A stretch of 57,109 nt of DNA from contig NC_068985.1 in the NCBI RefSeq assembly GCF_001194135.2, positions 56,505,629 through 56,562,737 of the forward strand, given 5' to 3'. The DNA is from Octopus bimaculoides. Its lineage: Eukaryota. Below are positions 12,251 through 25,457 of the stretch, piece by piece. Position 1 is the stretch's first letter. Each line of letters starts with the position of its first letter. The translations under genes and the position numbers were made by a program. The notes beneath the pieces were generated by a model. That model saw only the letters and a list, made by a program, of their open reading frames with translations, was not told the DNA's origin and made no database searches.

Positions 12251-12859
12251 ATGGCTACTGAATAAGTGTCACATATTTTTACAGATTATATATATNNNNN
12301 NNNNNNNNNNNNNNNNNNNNNNNNNNNNNNNNNNNNNNNNNNNNNNNNNNNNNNNNNNNNNNNNNNNNNNNNNNNNNNNNNNNNNNNNNNNNNNNNNNNN
12401 NNNNNNNNNNNNNNNNNNNNNNNNNNNNNNNNNNNNNNNNNNNNNNNNNNNNNNNNNNNNNNNNNNNNNNNNNNNNNNNNNNNNNNNNNNNNNNNNNNNN
12501 NNNNNNNNNNNNNNNNNNNNNNNNNNNNNNNNNNNNNNNNNNNNNNNNNNNNNNNNNNNNNNNNNNNNGGATGTGTATAGAATAATATATAAGTTAAAAT
12601 AAAGTTAAAACATTGTCTGGTTTTCACATTTTTTATTACGGTATTTTAACATTAAAAAATATTTTGTAATGTTTATAAAGTTCTATTCGCGCATTCATAC
12701 ATTTGGTAGTAATCATCAGATTTCAAATGTATTTAACTGACAGTTGAGGTCTTGACAACTGCCGAGCGTACCGATATTCTGTAATTTGCTTATATTCATA
12801 TGTTAAAGATATTTTTTAATCCACATCATCAACTGGTTGTTGTATTATTGTTGTTGTAT

Positions 12860-13215
12860 CCGCCAGAACAGGTTTGAACATTTTAATAAACCGTTTTTTC
12901 TTTTATCTTTCTTCCAACCCCACTTGTGTCATGTTTGTGGAAAGGAAAAATAAGAAACATTTTCTGACCACATGTTTCTATGTTTACTCAATGCAAATTG
13001 GCGAACATTGGTGTTCCGGATTTGTTGTCTGTGGACTTGTGAACGTTCCGATAATGCATTCCCTGTCTTGCCTATGTATAGTTCCTCGCAATTTGGGCAG
13101 AAGTATTTGGGGAACATCATAGCCACGTGTTGAGAGGAATTCTATCGAGTTTGAATAATTCACCTCTGGAAACACGGGTGTTTCTTTCAACATCTTTAAA
13201 CAACCCTTATTCAAG
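12860..13215 (-). mobile_element. Penelope-like element GIY-YIG fragment, a different lineage from the 10225 element
   Basis: Translation CPNCEELYIGKTGNALSERSQVHRQQIR matches the C-x2-C...YIG-T...L..R...H pattern. Confidence 0.75.
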
Positions 13216-13254
13216 GACTATTTAAGTGGGATGGTCTACTCGACTTGAAAAAAA

Positions 13255-13444
13255 TTCTAACTGGGCCCCGCCTGCGAGGTCATGCACTGTTTATCTTGAT
13301 TATAAGATCACCATGTCGCGCACATATGGTCGTGATGCATGTGCCTGGTGTACCCTTATCAGACGGGTAGTCATGATGGGTATAATGGGCTTCGTATATT
13401 TTATTCCAGTATTACTTTGATGGCATGCTCTACTTTCTCACTCA

Positions 13445-13523
<79 letters not shown>

Positions 13524-13580
13524 TAATAATAATGATGATAATAATAATAATGATGATAATAATAATAATAATAATAAGAA
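13255..13580 (+). mobile_element. 3' end of an unclassified retroposon with an (AAT)n tail
   Basis: A non-repetitive GC-richer block runs directly into a long (AAT)n array at about 13445-13580. Family not identified. Confidence 0.4.
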
Positions 13581-13619
13581 TAATAAAATAATTAAAATAA
13601 TTAAAAAAAAAAAATTCAG

Positions 13620-13820
13620 ACAAATATATAACAAAAACACCAGGACTTACAAATATATATAACATACAGAAAATTGTACTACTGGGCACTGCACGCATCC
13701 TACGCAAAGCACTTTCAATACAGTAACCATAAGAGCGTCACAGCAAACCACAGCACATACCCAAGGCACACAGAGCTGCGCTCGGTAGTTAAATGAAAGC
13801 AAGTTATAAAAATAAAACTA

Positions 13821-13900
<80 letters not shown>

Positions 13901-14002
13901 AGCAAACCACAGCACATACCCAAGGCGCACAGAGCTGCGCTCGGTAGTGAAGTGAAAGCACGTTATAAAAATAAAACTACTGAATAATAATAATAATAAT
14001 AA
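13620..14002 (+). mobile_element. R4/Dong-type (RLE) LINE 3' end plus a second copy of its 3' UTR, each followed by (TAA)n
   Basis: C-terminus KTPGLTNIYNIQKIVLLGTARILRKALSIQ*. The ~85-bp 3' UTR (acagcaaaccacagcacatacccaagg...aaaataaaactactg) occurs at about 13740-13803 and 13899-13983. Confidence 0.8.
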
Positions 14003-14019
14003 CATTCCTTCAGACTTCA

Positions 14020-14337
14020 AAACTGCTAATGTTATAGAAGAGTTCGAGCAGTTCTGAAGTCTGAGCTGAATGCTTATAATAAGGTGTTAGCCATAAATTC
14101 CTTAGCAGTCCCAGTTGTTCTTTATAGCTTCAATGTGCTTAACTGGAATACCAGTGAAATAGTCAGAATTGATAGAAAAATCCGCAAGCTACTGACTTGT
14201 AATAAGATGCACCATCCAAAGGCAGACGTGGATCGTCTTTACCTCCCCAGAGCTCAGAGAGGTCGAGGCTTGATCCAGCTTGAACTTACGTACAAAACCA
14301 CCACAATCGGACTGGCCAAATACCTTGAAACAACCAA
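14020..14337 (+). mobile_element. R4/Dong-type LINE, 5'-truncated RT C-terminal region running into a gap
   Basis: LNAYNKVLAINSLAVPVVLYSF...DRKIRKLLT...HHPKADVDRLYLPRAQRGRGL. Confidence 0.88.
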
Positions 14338-15356
14338 NNNNNNNNNNNNNNNNNNNNNNNNNNNNNNNNNNNNNNNNNNNNNNNNNNNNNNNNNNNNNNN
14401 NNNNNNNNNNNNNNNNNNNNNNNNNNNNNNNNNNNNNNNNNNNNNNNNNNNNNNNNNNNNNNNNNNNNNNNNNNNNNNNNNNNNNNNNNNNNNNNNNNNN
14501 NNNNNNNNNNNNNNNNNNNNNNNNNNNNNNNNNNNNNNNNNNNNNNNNNNNNNNNNNNNNNNNNNNNNNNNNNNNNNNNNNNNNNNNNNNNNNNNNNNNN
14601 NNNNNNNNNNNNNNNNNNNNNNNNNNNNNNNNNNNNNNNNNNNNNNNNNNNNNNNNNNNNNNNNNNNNNNNNNNNNNNNNNNNNNNNNNNNNNNNNNNNN
14701 NNNNNNNNNNNNNNNNNNNNNNNNNNNNNNNNNNNNNNNNNNNNNNNNNNNNNNNNNNNNNNNNNNNNNNNNNNNNNNNNNNNNNNNNNNNNNNNNNNNN
14801 NNNNNNNNNNNNNNNNNNNNNNNNNNNNNNNNNNNNNNNNNNNNNNNNNNNNNNNNNNNNNNNNNNNNNNNNNNNNNNNNNNNNNNNNNNNNNNNNNNNN
14901 NNNNNNNNNNNNNNNNNNNNNNNNNNNNNNNNNNNNNNNNNNNNNNNNNNNNNNNNNNNNNNNNNNNNNNNNNNNNNNNNNNNNNNNNNNNNNNNNNNNN
15001 NNNNNNNNNNNNNNNNNNNNNNNNNNNNNNNNNNNNNNNNNNNNNNNNNNNNNNNNNNNNNNNNNNNNNNNNNNNNNNNNNNNNNNNNNNNNNNNNNNNN
15101 NNNNNNNNNNNNNNNNNNNNNNNNNNNNNNNNNNNNNNNNNNNNNNNNNNNNNNNNNNNNNNNNNNNNNNNNNNNNNNNNNNNNNNNNNCATTATCGCTG
15201 TGAAAACAACATCCATTTTTTTTTTCTTAAATACATGTTTTACCTATGAATTTGCGTGTGTAAATTGGGAATGCATACAACGTTTCTCTGCCCTAGGTGT
15301 ACGGAAAACACTCGGCGAGAAATGGGAAAAAATTTGAAGAAAGAAGAAAAAAAAAC

Positions 15357-15407
<51 letters not shown>

Positions 15408-15673
15408 GTAATTATAATAACAACAACAATAACCATAATTCCTAATTTTGGCCTTAGGCCCGAAAAATCTGTAACCATTAGGTGTAGAGAGCAAAAAATA
15501 AACTCATCAAAGGTCGAATGTGTGGACCTATTTCGACTCCAAGTATTTTAATACACTCTACTTAATCTAGCGGTGGCATGAACTTAAAAATATCTCGCAT
15601 ACTCTCGCTGACACATATAAATATGTATTGTGTAATGTGTATACACACACATACACACATATATATATACACA

Positions 15674-15718
<45 letters not shown>

Positions 15719-18384
15719 GTGTTTGCACTGTGTTCTGTATGTTTATTTGTGTATATATTATGTATTTTCTGTTTGTAGTTTGGTGTGTATTGTGTGTGTG
15801 TGTGTGTGTTTGTGTGTGTGTATGATTGTGTGTATATAAGCTTGTATATGTAGACATATATATGTATATGTATATGTGTATATGTATATATAAATGTACA
15901 CACACATACACACACACATTATGTATGTATGTATGTATATATAATTAGCTGTGTATATTCTGCGAATATATTACTACAACTATCAATATATATTCTGAAG
16001 CTACTGCAACTTACCAAACATTTAAATAGGTTCCATTCCGGATATTTGAGCAGCATCATTAAAGTGAAGTTGAGATAACACAGCATTTGAACCTGCCAAG
16101 TTTGTCTGTAAGCAAAGGAAATAGAATTCTTGAAGATGTATTCTCTTTCCTATTGACGAGATTTTATTTTTATGTTTCAATCAGCATATCAAAGAAATCA
16201 CTTCCTTGTTGTTCAGCCATGCATTGCTTATTGAAGATAACTTCATTTGCAGTTGTCTTCGGAAAACATATTCTATTTTAAATCATGTTTAAGTAATCTT
16301 TCATTTCCTGACGAATGTAATTCTTAACTTTTGACTTGCATAATCTTCACTGAAAGGTTCAACAGTTGTAGATCATTTATTTTTATCAGAGACAAGGCAA
16401 CTATACATAAAATAAAAAAAAATAATGTTCGTTGAGCAGAATACAGTGTATTTCTGGTACTTATTGCTTCCATAGGACTCAAGAAGAAAACCATAACTTT
16501 GGTAATATATAAAATCTGAATAGACGATGTTCAAGCTAAATATTGGTTTCTTGTTTGAGATTAGGTACAAAATCAACATTTACTAACTGAGACCACTGGT
16601 GATTGAAATCAACTCCAGTATATTACCGGTATATATTTACTTGACCACAGGATACTATACATAAAAGTCAAATTCATCTGACAAGATTATAGTGTTAAAT
16701 GAAAGAGTGTAAGTCATTTAGGTTTACAATCATCTCTTCGGACCCCAGCTTCTGAGTAATTACATCTTTTCAATCACCTTCTTCAATACAAAGCTACAAA
16801 TGATTAATGTTTATTCAAAAGTTTATTCAAGGACAAATAATTAAAGAAATAATCAAGAAATAATTTAAAATGAGTTCATATAAATGCTATATTTTAGTAA
16901 AAGCTACTAAGAGCAGTAGTTTGGCAGAGGTATTAGAGGGGGATAAAGACGCATCAATATTTCCTTATCTATCTTTAAGTTCAAATCTCGAGAATTTCAG
17001 CTTCGTATTTCATCTTTTCTGGGTCGATAAAATAAGCTATTAAGGTCGATATCATTGATTATTCCCATTAAAATAACAAAAGTTATGGCCTTTTATCTAT
17101 ATTAGAAACTGACAGTCGCCAGCAAGAATGTGAAGATAAAACAACTCATAATATCTTTATCTTGTTTACATATTACCGTCATAAGTTTTCTTGTTTATAT
17201 ATTTCTATATTAAGACATAATAATTTAAAAGAATTGTCTTTCATCACTAATCGTCACTAGTTTTAGAATATTTATGTTGTATTACTGTATAAGATATTAT
17301 CTTTGTTATATTACAATTTCCATATGACAATTCCCTTATTATAAAACAGATTAATATTTCTGTATATCTTTTATTACATTTTTATAAAGGAATATCTTTT
17401 TATTTTAAAGTTTATGTTCGAAACATTTGCTGTCAAATTGCTGCTTGCTTTTGGCTTTGAATTTAGCAGATAATATTTCTTGGTAAACTTCACCATATTT
17501 TCGAATTAATTATTTAGAGTGATCGAAGTGATCGAATCGTCTGCGGTTATTAAAGCTATTGTTTTCAAATCATTCTTTATGTTTATTTATATTAATTTTC
17601 GTAACAGTAACGAAATACGTAAACATTATATCGAGCCTAAATAGCAGTGTTTAAATTCCTATAGGAAGATTATACTCTTACAAAGATATACACTAATATA
17701 TATACATAAACAGATACACATGTACAGGCATGACAAAGTAGATTAAAAAAAAACGCCAGCAACAATTCATGATTCTGCATGTTTCAGAAGTGCACAATCT
17801 CTCTAAGTTTTAAAATCTGTGTAACCAAACAACAGATCAAGCATTTGTCAAATGCCAGAGTGAAGAGCATTCAATATAATGACCATAGAGTTGAATTACG
17901 TATATTTTACAATTATAGAAAGCGTGTCAAACCAATGTTATTACTTATATCAAGTGCGCTAAATGAGATTGAATATCTGAGGTAAGACATGTTGAAATTA
18001 CCCAACATTTTGTCCTGAACTGAAAGAACTGTTCTCAAATATATTGGCGTTAGAATCGCTATAGAAGTTTTGGGTGTCCGTCTAGATCTGAGTAATGTAC
18101 AAGCCGTCAGAAAATCAAGTATAAAACGCGTTTACATGTTCAAGTAATGCTACTCGCCTGTAGTCTTTTATAATAGTGAATCATTTGTAACAAAAATTAT
18201 ATAAAAAAGAAATTCAGAAATTTATTCTTGAATCCACCCATCATATTGAACTTGGAAAAAGCAGCATACTACACATATAGAGAAACAACCAACGGCAAAA
18301 TAAAATGCATTCACGATTTCTCTAACTAAAGAAAATTATAAATAATCTAGTTCATTGGTGGCACAAGAGGTAGCTGGAAAACGA

Positions 18385-18640
18385 CAACTCTGAACATTGC
18401 GAGAAACAAATGCTCATCTATTATGATCATATTCAAAGAGGTAGAGGCCAAGAAAACATTATTATGGAAGGAAGAGTAGAAAGTAGTAGATCAAGTGGCA
18501 GGCAAAGAACGCAATGGATGGACAATATCACGAGCTGGTTGGACAAGAGTAACAAGGTAGCTGAATGACTCGTGATTAATCAGGAAGAATGCTATTGTAG
18601 TGTCATCAATGCCCTTCAGACATACGATAGGCGTACGATG
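18385..18640 (+). mobile_element. RTE-clade LINE 3' fragment (degraded)
   Basis: LIYYDHIQRGRGQENIIMEGRVESSRSSGRQRTQWMDNITSW resembles the RTE motif YFGHI.R...EG.V.G.R.RGR.R..W.DNI..W. Confidence 0.75.
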
Positions 18641-18699
18641 CATGGCAACGACAAGTTCCTAACATATTGGACAGAACTCCTTAACTATAAACTAACAAA

Positions 18700-19350
18700 A
18701 TAATCGTTAAAGAACACTCCAATTATTACAATGAAACATTTACAAAACAACGGCACAGAGAAACTTAAATACAATAATAAGAACATAATAAAACCCCTAA
18801 TTCAACAAAGGAAGTAAAATCCTCGATAGCTAAATCATTCTCTGACCATGACACAAACACTTCCCTCCACTCATAACTATCACAAAATTGTAGATAAAAA
18901 TACATAAAATCTCATATTTTGTAATTCATAACTCCTTATAAATAACGGAAATCTCAAACAACAAACTCAATCAAGAACCCGATCATCTCACTAAATAAAA
19001 CAGTAAGTGTACTAACCGAAATACATGCCTTCCTTTTGAAAAAGGCTTTACTAACGAAATACTTTTATGCATAATAGTACATACAAATACTACCGAATCA
19101 TCATTTCTCTGACCATTCTCCGTTCATTGGCTTTCTTCCCACAAATCATCCTTCATTTTTATGATTCAATAGTGTTTATAATAGATCAGATTTATTGCAA
19201 ATCCTTGCAAAGAACATTTAACTAACACATAGCTTGCCAATAACAAACCAAATAAGAAAACAATTACATCGCTACCTAAGTAACTATGAACAACAAACTC
19301 TCCTCTAACCCTTACATTCTGAAATAATTCTGTCATGTAAACACCGATCT
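18700..19350 (+). mobile_element. Highly degraded PLE fragment (thumb/linker region)
   Basis: FNKEVKSSIAKSF...KHFPPTHNYHKIVDKNT parallels RYFLALIDRHFPVNHNYSKIFNRHNLKIS in the 10225 element. Confidence 0.6.
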
Positions 19351-19549
19351 AATGAGTCATTAAAAGACTGTACATCCGCAAACATTTTGCAGTAATTCCT
19401 CCTGGGAGATACCAAAACAATTAAAACCTTAAAATACCGTAAAACCTTAAAATTCAAAATAGATAGCTCTTTTACAATTTCCAAGTAAATTATGACGTTC
19501 TCTGAACCATTTATTTACTTTTAAGATAATGATAGACAGTATCTCTCTT

Positions 19550-19580
<31 letters not shown>

Positions 19581-20218
19581 TTCTCTCTCTCTCTNNNNNN
19601 NNNNNNNNNNNNNNNNNNNNNNNNNNNNNNNNNNNNNNNNNNNNNNNNNNNNNNNNNNNNNNNNNNNNNNNNNNNNNNNNNNNNNNNNNNNNNNNNNNNN
19701 NNNNNNNNNNNNNNNNNNNNNNNNNNNNNNNNNNNNNNNNNNNNNNNNNNNNNNNNNNNNNNNNNNNNNNNNNNNNNNNNNNNNNNNNNNNNNNNNNNNN
19801 NNNNNNNNNNNNNNNNNNNNNNNNNNNNNNNNNNNNNNNNNNNNNNNNNNNNNNNNNNNNNNNNNNNNNNNNNNNNNNNNNNNNNNNNNNNNNNNNNNNN
19901 NNNNNNNNNNNNNNNNNNNNNNNNNNNNNNNNNNNNNNNNNNNNNNNNNNNNNNNNNNNNNNNNNNNNNNNNNNNNNNNNNNNNNNNNNNNNNNNNNNNN
20001 NNNNNNNNNNNNNNNNNNNNNNNNNNNNNNNNNNNNNNNNNNNNNNNNNNNNNNNNNNNNNNNNNNNNNNNNNNNNNNNNNNNNNNNNNNNNNNNNNNNN
20101 NNNNNNNNNNNNNNNNNNNNNNNNNNNNNNNNNNNNNNNNNNNNNNNNNNNNNNNNNNNNNNNNNNNNNNNNNNNNNNNNNNNNNNNNNNNNNNNNNNNN
20201 NNNNNNNNNNNNNNNNNN

Positions 20219-20219
20219 N

Positions 20220-20271
<52 letters not shown>

Positions 20272-20483
20272 ATATGTTTGTGTGTCTGTGTTTGTCCCCA
20301 ACATCGCTTGACAACCGGTGCTGGTGTGTTTACGTCCCGTAACTTAGCGGTTCGGCAAAAGAGACCGATAGAATAAGTACTAGGCTTCCAAAGAATAAGT
20401 CCTGGGGTCGATTTGCTCGACTAAAGGCGGCGCTCCAGCATGGCCGCAGTCAAATGACTGAAACAAGTAAAAGAGTAAAAGAG
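20219..20483 (+). mobile_element. OK-like SINE 3' half, head lost in a gap
   Basis: Well-preserved tail ending gtaaaagagtaaaagagta. Confidence 0.85.
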
Positions 20484-20619
20484 TATGTATGTATGTATGT
20501 ATGTGTGTATATATAAATATTTGGATATTTATAATATATATTATACATATTATACCCATCAGTAAAGCCTGATAACCAGCTTTTCGGTTATCAGCTGGTT
20601 ATCAGTAAAGCCATTATCC

Positions 20620-21990
20620 TGTAGAGCCTTATTATAATATGGGATAACTTTTTTGGAATAATTCTTTAGAAGAAGAAAAGCAAGTGATCCAACAGCAGAT
20701 GTTCGGAATTAAGTTTGAAAATACAATAGGTATATAACAGGACTCCTTATTAATACATATATATAAGGTTCTCATTCGTCATATTGAAGGGATAATGGCA
20801 ATTGGCTTTGAGATCTACGTACTAGTTAAGTGAGTTACGTTAGTGTTAATAGAGATTTTAAGTCCAGAAGAGTTGAAGGTAGAAATTGATTGCTTTCTAA
20901 AGGAACCCATAAGTGTTTATCACAATTGTGTTATACTTCTAAAACACCGTCCCCGTATGTACCGATGCTATGGTTGGGGAATTTCGAATTATGATAGTTT
21001 AATATGTATGAACCAACCAAATCACATATATCTGCGTTACCATACTGGGACATCAAATAGTTCACTTTGATCAGATTTTTTATCCAAATAGATCCATCAC
21101 TAAATAATAGTGCTTTACGTGCGTGCATAATGAGCTCTGGTTATAAACGAACGTGCAAAACCTCAATGCATTATGCAATAGTGATTCAGATATCGACAGG
21201 TAGAAATCCACAGTATCAAACTGTGCGAATTTCGCTTTGTTTTATTGTGGATAGATTTGAACCAACATATCATCAAGAATCTGTTAGTTCATAGCAATAT
21301 GTTTGACGGTTCCTTAATTTAATTTATGTTAAAATTTGTTAGCTTACTGAAGCTAGTTCAATCTTAACAGCCTGCACTTTGGTATATCATGTAAGACAGG
21401 TTTATGATTCTTCAGTGAAAGGAGTACCTTCCTCTTGGCGTGACATTCAGTTCTTTTATCTCTATGAAACCACATGTTAATAGAATTATAAGTATCTTTA
21501 TCAGATTTCTTATATTTATCCGTAATACTATTAATTAATAATTCATTACCCATATCTTTATCAACTCCGTATAAATTCTGAAAATACAAACTCACTGTTA
21601 GAGTTCATAAATAGTCGTATATCTTTAACTAGTTTAGATTGAAACTGATTAGACCAAAGGGTACTTATTAAAATTCATCAGAAAATCGGTCTCGAACGGG
21701 ACAAGGTCTTTGACATGTGCAGGAATTTCTGTGATATAATATATCGAAATGTCCAGTGGCTTTTATAGGTAATTCTCAGTGTAACTGTAAGGCTCTCTAT
21801 CGTGTCTAGTTTTCTATTTTTTTTTATGAGCAACCTAAAGTAAACATCGTTAGGTGGTGTAGGACGTCTTTAAACATGACATCTTCACACATGACATAGT
21901 TATGAGAAACATGAATTAACGTTAAATTGAAGAATTAGTCAATACCTTCCGTAGAGTACATGTTTATTATACTTTAACCAGGAGAGAGTG
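20620..21990 (-). mobile_element. Degraded PLE, N-terminal and RT region, same broad type as the 10225 element
   Basis: Minus-strand pieces include NELLINSITDKYKK...LSLKNHKPVLHDIPKCRL, WFKSIHNK..KFAQFDTVDFYLSISESLLHNAL, MHARKALLF and ADICDLVGSYIL. Many stops and frameshifts. Confidence 0.85.
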
Positions 21991-23029
21991 GTAGTGACTT
22001 CGCAGTTGCAGTCTTCGTCTGTCGAAGGCTAATCGGCGAACCTTCGTAGTCATAGTCATCCTTCCTTGTATAAAAGTTTGGTGTATGTATGTATATGTAA
22101 TGAAGGTATATATATATATATATATATATATNNNNNNNNNNNNNNNNNNNNNNNNNNNNNNNNNNNNNNNNNNNNNNNNNNNNNNNNNNNNNNNNNNNNN
22201 NNNNNNNNNNNNNNNNNNNNNNNNNNNNNNNNNNNNNNNNNNNNNNNNNNNNNNNNNNNNNNNNNNNNNNNNNNNNNNNNNNNNNNNNNNNNNNNNNNNN
22301 NNNNNNNNNNNNNNNNNNNNNNNNNNNNNNNNNNNNNNNNNNNNNNNNNNNNNNNNNNNNNNNNNNNNNNNNNNNNNNNNNNNNNNNNNNNNNNNNNNNN
22401 NNNNNNNNNNNNNNNNNNNNNNNNNNNNNNNNNNNNNNNNNNNNNNNNNNNNNNNNNNNNNNNNNNNNNNNNNNNNNNNNNNNNNNNNNNNNNNNNNNNN
22501 NNNNNNNNNNNNNNNNNNNNNNNNNNNNNNNNNNNNNNNNNNNNNNNNNNNNNNNNNNNNNNNNNNNNNNNNNNNNNNNNNNNNNNNNNNNNNNNNNNNN
22601 NNNNNNNNNNNNNNNNNNNNNNNNNNNNNNNNNNNNNNNNNNNNNNNNNNNNNNNNNNNNNNNNNNNNNNNNNNNNNNNNNNNNNNNNNNNNNNNNNNNN
22701 NNNNNNNNNNNNNNNNNNNNNNNNNNNNNNNNNNNNNNNNNNNNNNNNNNNNNNNNNNNNNNNNNNNNNNNNNNNNNNNNNNNNNNNNNNNNNNNNNNNN
22801 NNNNNNNNNNNNNNNNNNNNNNNNNNNNNNNNNNNNNNNNNNNNNNNNNNNNNNNNNNNNNNNNNNNNNNNNNNNNNNNNNNNNNNNNNNNNNNNNNNNN
22901 NNNNNNNNNNNNNNNNNNNNNNNNNNNNNNNNNNNNNNNNNNNNNNNNNNNNNNNNNNNNNNNNNNNNNNNNNNNNNNNNNNNNNNNNNNNNNNNNNNNN
23001 NNNNNNNNATATACGTATAATATTTTAGG

Positions 23030-23131
23030 AAAGTTTGTTCTTGATATAGTTACAGTTTTTGAAACATATTTTTCTAAAATTAAAAAAAATTACGAGTTTT
23101 AAATACCGTTCAGCGGTGGGGTTTCTGCTAG
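23030..23131 (+). mobile_element. Possible Helitron 3' terminus
   Basis: Small hairpin ACCG-TTCAG-CGGT (23105-23117), 10 nt before CTAG (23128-31), followed by T. The upstream part is lost in a gap. Confidence 0.35.
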
Positions 23132-23686
23132 TGTATGTTGAATTGAAAAATTGTAATGCGGAAACAAATTGTGGAGTATGTAAATTGTATTATATACATT
23201 TGTGAATGGCAGTGAATATTGAAATATAACATTTTTATGTAATGTTGTTATAAATAGATGTAGTGTAAACTTTTGCACAAGCATTCTGAAATATCTAACC
23301 CTTTATAATAACTTATTTTAATGAAACCAATTCAATAAAGGCAGCAGAGAATATGAGAGAGGGTAAGAGAGAGAATGAGGAGAAAAACAGAGACAAAGAC
23401 AGAGAGACAGAGAGAGGGACAGAGAGACAGACAGAGATAGAAAAAGAGAAGGGGAGAGAGAGATCATCGCTAGGAAAGAAAATGAAAGTATAACAGTGTA
23501 TGCAGACGAAGTATAAATATGAAACTCTATACTTAAATCTCAGTGTATATGTTCAACATTTAATCATTTAAATGTATATATATATAAATTTATGGATCAT
23601 TTTCCTTTTAAATAAATTCTCCTTAGTATGAAGGACAGGGCAAGCAAGATATTGCGGGTATCTGTGAGTATGTATCACTTATGCAT

Positions 23687-23744
<58 letters not shown>

Positions 23745-24269
23745 GTATGAACGGTTGATATCCGTAGGGATGACTGATGCCGAACCTATCGATCTAAGCC
23801 TATTTCCCAGACGTTCGTCTACTTAACAATTCAACAAAATGCCCCTTATAGCTTCATAAAATATTAACATCTATTTAACATTTGGCACATTGAATTTTCT
23901 CTAGAACTGTTTCCCGTGCCCCTGTCCTGTTACTAAAGGGGAGAAAGCTCATACGTAACATAATTCACCTACAGTGTCCTAATGGTTAATAAAACAAAAG
24001 GTAAAATCATGTTGCTGATATCAGACTTCACAACTAACCGTCAACCCATTATCACGTCTGGACTAAAAATTTGGTTTCCTAGATAAATTAAATTTTTCTC
24101 ACTGATTTGTTTGACTCATGTGAATGTGATCATGCAAATACGCCCATTTGTAATGTCTATATCCAATGTTCTTTAAGTAGTTTTGCCATAGTGTTTTATA
24201 CACAATTCAACATGTGTCATTATAGTTAACCAGAATGACACAGAAGGAGTAAATAATATTGCATGTAGG

Positions 24270-24500
24270 ATAACGATCCTTTCCGAGCCACAAAGACTCA
24301 TAGGGCCGCTTTCTCGATTATCGTGGCGAATATATGCCTCACTTGGACGGGATTCCGGGTTGACGCAGGGTTTTTGCCAGCTGAGTGGACTGGCGTATTT
24401 TGCTAAAGGACACAACGCGTCGTCCGATACAGGAATCGAAACCACACTCTTATAATCATGAGTTCAACACTCTGAAAACTAAACCAAGCGGCTACGCATA
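24270..24500 (-). mobile_element. tRNA-derived SINE (degraded)
   Basis: The reverse complement shows an A/B-box-like head (..gtttcgattcctg..) followed by a ttgtgtcctttagcaa CORE/V-like segment. Confidence 0.6.
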
Positions 24501-24798
24501 GGTGTAATATTATTATGTAATGTGGTAAGACTGATTATTTTGAATTCAAATGAAAAATATGTAAATTGAAGTAATAAAAAGACTTGCTCGCTCCATTTTT
24601 TTTATTTGTCATGATACACACACACGCACATCCACACCCACCCACAAGCATACATTTATGTATCTATGCATGCATGTGTGTATAAGTGTGTATGTATATA
24701 TATTCATATATGTATATATATATATACATATATATATATATGTCTATGTGTATATACATACATGTAGAAAAATTATATTTTATAACGATGCGTGTGTT

Positions 24799-24837
<39 letters not shown>

Positions 24838-25234
24838 TAAACTATAATGTTGTATCCAATATAGATTAAATAAAAATATATGCTGCACTAAGCTACACGG
24901 GAATGCATGTATAAGCTTATGTTTCTTATTTTGTTTACATTTGTGTGTGTTATTCAACGATATTATTTTTAAAATAAGATTTAATATAGATTGTTAATTA
25001 TATTTAAATTATCGGACCAGCATATTCAAGTTTTTTGTAGCTTGTATAATTTTAAGTTACATATTATATAAATATTTATAGTTGTGTCAATAAATATATA
25101 TACATATTTAAATTTATATTTGTAAATTTTGGTTTGTTTTCATTTATATACTTTGCAGCAAATATGTTTTCATTCTTATAAAATCTTTTTGTTGGTATTT
25201 TAATATACCATATTATATACCATATTACATACTG

Positions 25235-25402
25235 GCAGACACGGTATGCATCAGCCCTTTCACCCTTCGTTCATTCCACTCTTCGTTCTTTCGTTCCCCC
25301 TCGCTCACATTTCCTTGCCTTCTCTTCCGCCACTTTTCACTTCACTGAATCCCTGTAATTATTTCTCGCCCTTCTTAATTTTTTTGTCCCTCTGCCTCTC
25401 TC

Positions 25403-25457
<55 letters not shown>

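Larger units (their letters stand above)
10225..12290 (+). mobile_element. Penelope-like retroelement (probably Naiad-type), 5'-truncated
   Basis: RT motifs FDIVDFYASIS, MGSCDEAG, YKDDAL and YLDV. A CSC..CPLNGAC motif precedes a GIY-YIG nuclease (IIYEATV...KYVGLTEGNF...CSLC). The AT-rich 3' region ends in a hammerhead-like fold. Confidence 0.92.

Noticed and set aside
13740-13985. Repeat-spacer-repeat pattern as a CRISPR-like array
   Set aside because: It is a duplicated LINE 3' UTR separated by (TAA)n in a eukaryotic context, with no unique spacers or cas genes.
21353-21595. Apparent host exon (acceptor-like tttgtattttcag followed by an open frame)
   Set aside because: The peptide (LLINSITDKYKK...LKNHK...PKCRL) is the N-terminal region of a PLE RT and is continuous with RT motifs at 20900-21300.
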